Origin: a virus
Taxonomy: Duplodnaviria > Caudoviricetes
Reading direction: 5' to 3' (one strand)
Virus record (IMG/VR): IMGVR_UViG_3300039916_000027
Span: 1 to 36,019 of that record
DNA length: 36,019 nt
Shown: positions 25,501 to 31,424 of the stretch, piece by piece
How positions within the stretch are numbered: position 1 is the stretch's first letter
Layout of the letters: every line of letters begins with the position of its first letter
Program-made: the position numbers and the translations under genes
The notes under the pieces: model-generated
Database searches by the model: none
What the model was told of the DNA's origin: nothing
The model's input: the letters and a program-made list of their open reading frames with translations, nothing else

Positions 25501-27595
25501 CCTGCAGAAGTTCAACACGGCGACCGGGCAGACCGACAGCGTCGCCTGGTTCTGGCACGCCTATGTCGGTGAAGCGCGCGACGGTCAGTCGGTCTGGAAC
25601 GCCTACACCTCGGGCAACGGCAAGGCGGTGCAGGTCCGGTCCGACGCGCGTATCTCGCAGGCGTCGACCGCTGCCGCGTCGGCGACGCAAGCAGTCGCGG
25701 ACCTGTCCACCAGCGTGACGACGCAGCTGCTCGGCATCGGTAACTCGCTCTCGGCATACGACTCGCGGATCATTGCGCTGTCGACGGACCAGCAGAGCAC
25801 GGCCGGTGCCGTCACCTCGATCCGCGCAAGTCTGACGCGCAGCGGCGGCAACCTGATCAGCAACACCGATTTCGTCACGACCGACGGCTGGGCGGTCAAC
25901 AGGTTCGAACCGAACGGCGCGATGGCGCTCACGCCCGGCATCGATGCCGCTGGCGCCACCTATCACCCGGCGGGCGAGCACGTCATCTCGATCGTCCAGG
26001 GCGCGCGCACCGGCGGCGACGCCTATGCCGAATGGGAAAGCCAGCCGTTCGGCGTCAGCCCGACCGAGTGGATCCAGTATTACGCCTTCTACAACGCGCA
26101 CCGGTGCGACGTCATGGTCGGGATCATCTGGCGCAACCAGGCCGGAACGCCGGTCGGGTCGGCCAACTCGGGCCGCAAGACCGCGCTGAACGTCGACGGC
26201 AACAACCCGCAGAATTACGTGCAGATCGGCGCGGTGGTGGCGCAGGTGCCCGCCAATGCTGTCTCCGCGACGATCGTGCTGCGCAAATACGACACGTACC
26301 TCAACCAGACCAGCAGCTACGCCTGGTTCTGGCGCGCCTACGCCGGGCAGGTATCGGCGGGGCAGTCGGCCTGGAACGCTTATGTCGCCGGCAGCGCGCG
26401 CGCAGTGCAAGCCCGTTCCGACGCGGCGATCGTCCAGGCCTCCACCGCGGCGGCGACGGCAAACCAGTCCGTCGCCGACCTCACGACCAGCGTGAACGCG
26501 CGCTTCGTCGGGGTGAACACGACCCTGACGAGCTACGACAGCCGGATCAGCGCGCTGTCGACCGACACGCAGGGGTATGCCGGTCGGACGAGCACGCTCG
26601 AGGCGCAGATGAGCCGGAGCGCGCCGAGTGCGCTTCAGCAGCTGACGCTCGACGTCAATTCGAACCTGATCAAGGTCAACGACAACCTGAACCTGGTGAA
26701 CACCCAGGTGAACGCCCGCATCAAGTCGAGCGAGGACGTCATTGCGGATCTGCCAAACCGCTATGCTGCCGCGTCGCGGACAGCGGCGCTCGAGGCATCG
26801 GTCAACGGTGACGGCAATAGTCGCCTGCTCGCGCGCGCCAACGATCAGGCGGCCGTGATCGCGGACGCCAAGGTCGGCGTCGTCACCTCGTCGCTGTCTA
26901 CCCTCCGCAGCGACTTCAACGGGGTATCGGCGACCGTCCAACAGCAGGCCGGGACGATCGCCAGCGTCAACGGACGCTCCCAAGTCTATTGGGGTGTCAC
27001 CGGCACCACGCCGGATGGTTTCACGACAGTCCAGCTGTCGAAGGCGGACGGGTCGCCCGGCTTGTTCTACGTCGGCGCGAACATGCTGGTGAGTGGCAAC
27101 CTCACGGTCGACGGCACGATCACCGCGCGCAAGTTCGATCGCAGCAGCATGTCGCGCGAGGGTTCTGCAACCTGGACGGGCAGCATCACGCCGGACATCG
27201 GGCAGACGATCACCGTCCCATGGGGGCTGTCGCTGTCGCAGGTCCCCGCGCTGGGCCGCTTCGTCTACGAGATCCAGGTCGGGGTGACGACAAATGCGGG
27301 CCAGCAACAGGTTTCGCAGATGAACGGCAAGCCCGCCTATCTCACGTTCGTGGAAGCGGGCGGCGGTCTCAACATCGCGGCGGTGGACAATCAGGGCAAC
27401 GTGTATCGACCGGCTGCCAACTCCTGGACGGTGATCCTCGCGACGACCGATTTCGTCCCGTCCTGGACCGCCACGATCGCGCGCGGGTCGTACGACACGG
27501 GCTGGGTCAACCAGGGCGACTCCTATGAGCGTCAGGTTGCCGCGATCTACTCGGTAAGCTCCATCAGGATGAAGGTGATGTGGGTCGCCATCTAA
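22568..27595 (+). CDS. Tail tip / host-specificity protein (gpJ-like) with coiled-coil stalk and two carbohydrate-binding-like modules
   Basis: 1675 aa; GRGAKLYDPRRDST.PGGSG, PNVVRGRYVD, QAQRIAK tail-tip motifs; (A)DRALG.RID repeats; two GGNL.SN.DF modules 777 bp apart. Confidence 0.92.
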   Translation: MAKALKFAAIAVGAVALAFTGVGLAAGLGAAATSFGVGVSASTLFLVSGGLSIAAGLLQKGPKVTASQTDRLSANIDPRTFRKTVLGQTAMPVDVRYEEWSGKDQEICEWIVAFASHAIDGLEEIWFDTEMAWSAATGVVAKYNGYFSIPNLILEGTPQNAFSFGQWSRDSARLTGCAYARFRFKVTGNSKKAESPFSSGIPSRITVIGRGAKLYDPRRDSTVPGGSGPMRWDDQSTWRFTTDDGVVIGENLPLQILRVILGWRIRNPSSGEMKLATGAGVPGRRISFPSFQVAANLADELVNRAAGGNEPRYHGAGVVSEGDDQKTVLDMLCSACCGRFRDTGGKLALAISHNDLAAAAVDDGLNDDDVVGAFTWDPDPSLETTPNVVRGRYVDATSASLYQLIDYPEVRLPSPDGQDRFLSLDLGVVESPSQAQRIAKQVLQRRQYSRQFAAPFDIRAWKYTVGDVLPFTFAPLGFQRGVFRVKEQELGQGGTCNMVLTFETPAFYQWDADDSLPVQGAEPIVYDRGNNPLILAIDEAATTAFWNGVTGDGKPEDDATNSADPNSAFGPGTVGGTITKISEFDVQLAAAKAQVDAINNQTIPAVNQAVAVANDQIAAARSAAEAAVAAARKSADDAVAEANAKLAAARSDIDRAQIDLAAEVSRAKGKDEDLTQRIDAISAGNGYDDTQIRALIQTVDTARADDKRAIASRVDSIVTDYQNRDTATNARISQDFTTFTNADRALGSRIDSVITNYRGLDSNTNSRITSSVASLSDADRALGQRIDALVVEGGGYDDSYVRADITTNNTAAINRDLALGQRIDIVSASFSRGGGNLLSNSDFVSTDGWAIVNTLPGAEPLSLNSNGTPYMVGGIENNLSVHQNGRADGGDGAFVRIASDAFGVIPGAFLQFYAFTAAHRSQAWVSIFFYGEDGSLAGDGGQNYGPRTGNGGHDGSGWDQVGVKSIRVPDAARTARLILQKFNTATGQTDSVAWFWHAYVGEARDGQSVWNAYTSGNGKAVQVRSDARISQASTAAASATQAVADLSTSVTTQLLGIGNSLSAYDSRIIALSTDQQSTAGAVTSIRASLTRSGGNLISNTDFVTTDGWAVNRFEPNGAMALTPGIDAAGATYHPAGEHVISIVQGARTGGDAYAEWESQPFGVSPTEWIQYYAFYNAHRCDVMVGIIWRNQAGTPVGSANSGRKTALNVDGNNPQNYVQIGAVVAQVPANAVSATIVLRKYDTYLNQTSSYAWFWRAYAGQVSAGQSAWNAYVAGSARAVQARSDAAIVQASTAAATANQSVADLTTSVNARFVGVNTTLTSYDSRISALSTDTQGYAGRTSTLEAQMSRSAPSALQQLTLDVNSNLIKVNDNLNLVNTQVNARIKSSEDVIADLPNRYAAASRTAALEASVNGDGNSRLLARANDQAAVIADAKVGVVTSSLSTLRSDFNGVSATVQQQAGTIASVNGRSQVYWGVTGTTPDGFTTVQLSKADGSPGLFYVGANMLVSGNLTVDGTITARKFDRSSMSREGSATWTGSITPDIGQTITVPWGLSLSQVPALGRFVYEIQVGVTTNAGQQQVSQMNGKPAYLTFVEAGGGLNIAAVDNQGNVYRPAANSWTVILATTDFVPSWTATIARGSYDTGWVNQGDSYERQVAAIYSVSSIRMKVMWVAI

Positions 27596-27613
27596 CAACC
27601 ATCGGAGGACAGC

Positions 27614-28150
27614 ATGGAATTTGAATTTTGGGTCGTCTACTCGTTGAGCACGTTCGAGAAGATCGGCCAAGGGTCGGGCGTCATCGGCGCAAGTGCATAC
27701 CAGCCGTTACATGAAGGCACGGGGCTCGTCGTTGTGCCGTACGCGGTCATCGCCGACGAGCAACTCAATCTCGATGCGCTTCGCGGCGCAATAAGCCTGT
27801 CCGTCGACACTTCGGCGGAGACGTTGCGGTTGCAGTTCCTTACTGCGGGTACGGGTCAGGCAATGACCTACCAGCGCAAGGAAGCGGAAGCGCGCGCGTG
27901 GCTGCTCGATAATACGACCCGCACCCCGTTTCTCGAAGCCGAGGCGTCCGCTTGTCAGATCACGATCGAGGACCTGGTGCCGGTGGTGATCGCCCGGGCG
28001 GATCAATGGGAAGTGGTTGGTGCGCTGATCGAGGGTGAGCGGATGGGCGCGAAGGACAAGATCGCGCGGGGTGAGACGTTCGCCGATATCATTAAGGCCG
28101 GACGAATCGATTGGCAGGCGCTCGTCCGCCCGGCCCCGGCCGCGGCCTGA
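27614..28150 (+). CDS. Tail-fibre-associated / assembly protein
   Basis: RBS GGAGG; GQAMTYQRKEAEARAW...PFLEAEA...IEGERMGAK pattern seen in genes following phage tail fibres. Confidence 0.7.
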   Translation: MEFEFWVVYSLSTFEKIGQGSGVIGASAYQPLHEGTGLVVVPYAVIADEQLNLDALRGAISLSVDTSAETLRLQFLTAGTGQAMTYQRKEAEARAWLLDNTTRTPFLEAEASACQITIEDLVPVVIARADQWEVVGALIEGERMGAKDKIARGETFADIIKAGRIDWQALVRPAPAAA

Positions 28151-28496
28151 CCGTGCTGCGCCGCGAGTCCGCGCTCGACCGCTTGAGCAACTGGGTCATC
28201 CAGATCCTAATATCGATCGACCAGTTCGCCTACGTCATCCTCGCCGGACCCTATTACCTAATCTTCGGCGGCGTCTGCCCTTCCGCTGACGAGACGATCA
28301 GTTCCCGCGTCGGTCGCGCGGCAATGGCTGGCAGCTGGTGGGGCAAGCCCTGCTCTTGGGCAATCGACCACCTCTTCATGCTGCTAGGATCCGCGCCGGG
28401 GCACTGCGCCCGCGCGATCGAGACCGCCTTTCTGGGCATGGCACCCAAATAACAGGAGCTACCGTGATGTTGCTTGCCGATGCGCTTCGCGGCGCA
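27772..28496 (+). repeat. 19-bp exact direct repeat CGATGCGCTTCGCGGCGCA (27772-27790 and 28478-28496)
   Basis: Read directly from the sequence; encodes DALRGA in two unrelated ORFs. Confidence 0.85.
28153..28452 (+). CDS. Conserved small phage protein (DETISSR motif)
   Basis: LISIDQ...DETISSRVGR...ID.LF...HC..AIE pattern; GTG start uncertain. Confidence 0.7.
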   Translation: MLRRESALDRLSNWVIQILISIDQFAYVILAGPYYLIFGGVCPSADETISSRVGRAAMAGSWWGKPCSWAIDHLFMLLGSAPGHCARAIETAFLGMAPK

Positions 28497-28727
28497 GCCC
28501 TTGGCGCGTGGCTGTTCTGCCTCGCCTGCCTTTCCCCTGCCGTGTGGCGGATCTTGCGACGGCGCGGACGATACCTCGATCCGATCTGGGGGTTGGTCTT
28601 CATGCTTGCGATCAACCGCGTGACGTTCATCGCCCGGGTATCGCTGGAAGCGAGCCACATCACCGCGGCGCTGCTGGCGATCGCCATGAGCGCGGTAACT
28701 CTTTCCTTCCAACGCCATGATCGGTGA
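28467..28727 (+). CDS. Small membrane protein with about 3 TM segments, holin candidate
   Basis: RBS AGGAG, tandem GTG-ATG starts (28464/28467), three hydrophobic stretches, upstream of lysozyme. Confidence 0.6.
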   Translation: MLLADALRGAALGAWLFCLACLSPAVWRILRRRGRYLDPIWGLVFMLAINRVTFIARVSLEASHITAALLAIAMSAVTLSFQRHDR

Positions 28728-29196
28728 TCCCATGCCCAACTCGCTGGCAGGCCTTCCCTTTGGCTGGGGCGCGGTATTCGCGCTGCTGAATCTCATTCTC
28801 GGTGGCGGCGTATTTGCTTCGTGGGTCAGGAGCCGTCCCAAGATGCGGGAGATCCAGCGCTCGGCTGAGGAAAAGCTGCGCGACGACCTTATCGCCCGCG
28901 TCGAGAAGCTCGAAACCCGGCTCGAGGAAACCCGGACGCACTACGAGAGCAAGCTTGAAAAGCTCGTCGCCGATTACGAGGCAGCTCAGCGTACCGCACG
29001 GCACGAATTGAACAACGTCAAGATGCGTTTCCGCGCGCTCGTCATGCTGCTCAAGCGCTTGCCGAATCCGCCTGAGATGCTGGTCGCGATCCTCGCGGAT
29101 ATCGAGTCGATGGAAGCCGAGCAGATGCACGCCGAGGCGCTCGAAAAAGGTGCGGTGTCCGCTGCCAAGATTGCCGCGACCAACCCCACAATCTGA
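28717..29196 (+). CDS. Membrane-anchored coiled-coil protein (holin/antiholin candidate)
   Basis: N-terminal TM FGWGAVFALLNLILGGGVFASWV then coiled coil; alternative start 28732; directly before lysozyme. Confidence 0.65.
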   Translation: MIGDPMPNSLAGLPFGWGAVFALLNLILGGGVFASWVRSRPKMREIQRSAEEKLRDDLIARVEKLETRLEETRTHYESKLEKLVADYEAAQRTARHELNNVKMRFRALVMLLKRLPNPPEMLVAILADIESMEAEQMHAEALEKGAVSAAKIAATNPTI

Positions 29197-29209
29197 AAGG
29201 AGTGAGATC

Positions 29210-29776
29210 ATGACGATCAACGGCGAAATCACCGTGCGCGTCGCGTGCGAGCTGGCCGCAGCCGAGGGCATCGTGCGCGAGTGGTATCTCGACACAAAAG
29301 GCGTTGGCACCTGGGGCATCGGGGTAACGAACGCCTCCGGCCACCTGGTCGACCGGTACAAGGATAAGCCCGCCTCGATCGAACGCGTGTTGCAGATCTA
29401 TATCTGGCTGCTGCGGACGAACTATGCGCCGGCGGTGCTGGCCGCGTTCAAGGGCCGCGCGCTGACCGAGGCGCAGTTCGCCGCGGCGCTGTCGTTCCAC
29501 TACAACACCGGCGCGATCGGCGGCACGGCCTGGGTGGGCCTGTATCTCGCCGGGAAGGTCGCGGACGCCCGCAAGTTCCTAGAGACGCACTATCTGAACG
29601 ATGGCGACCTCAAGCAGCGCCGGATGGAGGAGGCTGCCCTGTTCTTCGACGGGCGATGGAAGCACCTCGACGGCCTGGTCAACGTCTATCCAGTTCGGAA
29701 GCCGAGCTACCTCACCGGCAAGCCGACGTTGGTCGACATCCGCGCCGATGTCGCTGCCGCGCTGGCCGCGCAATGA
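29210..29776 (+). CDS. Endolysin, GH24 (T4-like) lysozyme
   Basis: E-x8-D-x5-T catalytic motif (EGIVREWYLDTKGVGTWGIG), QFAAALSFHYNTG, LKQRRMEEAALF; RBS AAGGAG. Confidence 0.92.
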   Translation: MTINGEITVRVACELAAAEGIVREWYLDTKGVGTWGIGVTNASGHLVDRYKDKPASIERVLQIYIWLLRTNYAPAVLAAFKGRALTEAQFAAALSFHYNTGAIGGTAWVGLYLAGKVADARKFLETHYLNDGDLKQRRMEEAALFFDGRWKHLDGLVNVYPVRKPSYLTGKPTLVDIRADVAAALAAQ

Positions 29777-30129
29777 CCAGTCGCCTTCAGGAATGGGGCC
29801 TGATCGCCCTGTCGCTGCTGGCCGCGGCGCTGCTCGCGCTGATCGGCTGGACCTTTTTCATCATCGGCCAGCACATCCGCCCGGATGGCAGCGTGCCGTC
29901 GGCGGAGGCGTTCGGCCTCACCGCGCTGCTGCTGTCGTTTCGCGAAGTGATCGGCTCGATCCGCGCCCTCTACGACGCGGCCGACCGGACGAACCTGACC
30001 GAGAAACTCGCCGCGGCGGGGCCAAGCAACGCGCCAGTCCCAAAGGATGCCGTCGCCGGGGCGCAGACGGCGGCCGACAGCGCACAGCAAACGGCTGACG
30101 AACTCGCCGAGCAAGGTGCGCGGCCATGA
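29773..30129 (+). CDS. Two-TM membrane protein, holin candidate
   Basis: ATGA coupling at both ends; two hydrophobic segments and a polar tail. Confidence 0.65.
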   Translation: MTSRLQEWGLIALSLLAAALLALIGWTFFIIGQHIRPDGSVPSAEAFGLTALLLSFREVIGSIRALYDAADRTNLTEKLAAAGPSNAPVPKDAVAGAQTAADSAQQTADELAEQGARP

Positions 30130-30494
30130 CCGGCGTGGGCAAATGGTTCGCCGCGAACGCTGCGCGCCTGATCTTCGTCGTCGGCCTCATCGCGTTGATC
30201 GCGACCGTCATATCGATCCGATCCTGCGGCACCGCGCAGTCGGCCAAGACCGAGGCCACCCTCGCGACCGGTCAGGGGACCGCGGCGATCGCGAGCGGGG
30301 CTGATGCCGTCAATGCCGTCGGCAATGCCGCGGCCAGCGAAACCGAGATCCACCAGACAGCGAAAGAAGGAACCGATGCAATTCAAGCCGCGCCTGCGGG
30401 CGATAGTAACGACGCCGCTGATCGGGCTGCTTGCCGGATGCGCGTCTACCGTAATTCGGCCAAGTGCGTCGCCCTGCTCGGCCCTGCTGCCTGA
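30126..30494 (+). CDS. Inner-membrane spanin (Rz-like)
   Basis: N-terminal TM then Ala-rich helical region; overlaps a lipoprotein ORF. Confidence 0.7.
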   Translation: MTGVGKWFAANAARLIFVVGLIALIATVISIRSCGTAQSAKTEATLATGQGTAAIASGADAVNAVGNAAASETEIHQTAKEGTDAIQAAPAGDSNDAADRAACRMRVYRNSAKCVALLGPAA

Positions 30495-30720
30495 CGACTG
30501 GTCTGCCGGCGTCGCCGCGGCAGCGCTGCCCGAAAGCGCCAAGCTTGCCGACGGTCATGATGATGCCCGCCCGTGGCAGAGCGGCTTCGTCGAACAGACC
30601 GGACAGCTCGAGATCGCCAACGACCGGTACACCGCCGCGACGGGCATCGTCAGCCGCTGTGAAGCGCGCGACGCCGCGGCGATCGCGAAGGCCCGGCCAA
30701 AGGTGCTCGGCCTCTTCTGA
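30376..30720 (+). CDS. Outer-membrane spanin (Rz1-like lipoprotein)
   Basis: RBS GAAGGA, MQFKPRLRAIVTTPLIGLLAG-C lipobox, Pro/Cys after the lipobox, starts inside the Rz-like gene in another frame. Confidence 0.78.
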   Translation: MQFKPRLRAIVTTPLIGLLAGCASTVIRPSASPCSALLPDDWSAGVAAAALPESAKLADGHDDARPWQSGFVEQTGQLEIANDRYTAATGIVSRCEARDAAAIAKARPKVLGLF

Positions 30721-30747
30721 TCATCCTCGAAAACCGAAAGGCTGCCC

Positions 30748-31122
30748 GTGCCCAATCCACCCGACATCAAGACCTTCCCACGCCGGGTCGATCCGAACAT
30801 GCCGAAGCGCGGCTTCTATGCCGTCCTCACGCGCGGCGACCAAGTGCGCGATATCCTCCAGACCGGCGAGGAGATCGTGTCTTTCACGGTCACGCCCAAC
30901 TCCGAAGCGACTGCCGCGGGCCTGAAGGTGCTCAGCGATGCAGATTTCCTGCCGAGGTACAGCGATCTCGTCTTCGGATTCTGGATTGATGTGGATCCGA
31001 GCCTGCGCGGCAGCACGGTCTTCAACGGAACTGGCATCGTGCTCGGCGTCGAGATCAGCTTCGTGACCAATCTCCAGCAGTCCGACCAGATCACGGTCGG
31101 CATTCGGGTGGTGAACAAATGA
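30748..31122 (+). CDS. Putative fibre-tail adaptor-like protein
   Basis: DP...LQTGEEIVSFTVT...AGLKV...VTN...DQITVGIRV resembles small Ig-like phage fibre adaptors; recognised by eye only. Confidence 0.5.
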   Translation: MPNPPDIKTFPRRVDPNMPKRGFYAVLTRGDQVRDILQTGEEIVSFTVTPNSEATAAGLKVLSDADFLPRYSDLVFGFWIDVDPSLRGSTVFNGTGIVLGVEISFVTNLQQSDQITVGIRVVNK

Positions 31123-31412
31123 CCCATAGAACTGTCCTCGGCGGCACCGTCAACAACGGCAGCCGCGTCTCGGCCACCTTCAGCTTCTACCAGGGCGAGG
31201 TCGGCGTTCGCGATCGGGGCGGCATCTTCGACGTGTCGTTCTTCGCGACCAGCACGCCAGTCATCCCGCGCAAGATGGAGGGCATCCTGGATGGGAAGCT
31301 CGTCAAGATCCTGTCGGTCGACGATCGCCACCTCGCTGCAAATGGTCAGCCCCCACGCGACGGCGAGGTCCGCATCGTGACCCTGTGCGTCGCGCCCGCC
31401 ACCCCCGCATAA
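31119..31412 (+). CDS. Hypothetical beta-rich protein
   Basis: 97-aa ORF with ATGA coupling. Confidence 0.7.
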   Translation: MTHRTVLGGTVNNGSRVSATFSFYQGEVGVRDRGGIFDVSFFATSTPVIPRKMEGILDGKLVKILSVDDRHLAANGQPPRDGEVRIVTLCVAPATPA

Positions 31413-31424
31413 GGACCGTTCAAA

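Noticed and set aside
7556-27595. Gene transfer agent rather than phage
   Set aside because: Although some tail genes are GTA-like, the replication genes, HNH/cos-type packaging, long tape measure and linked lysis cassette indicate a true phage
23834-27670. 1278-aa ORF on the - strand
   Set aside because: Antisense shadow of the GC-biased tail tip gene; Arg/Val/Asp-rich translation with no recognisable motifs
22568-28150. Diversity-generating retroelement or invertible tail-fibre cassette
   Set aside because: No reverse transcriptase, recombinase, adenine-variant template repeat or inverted crossover sites seen in the window
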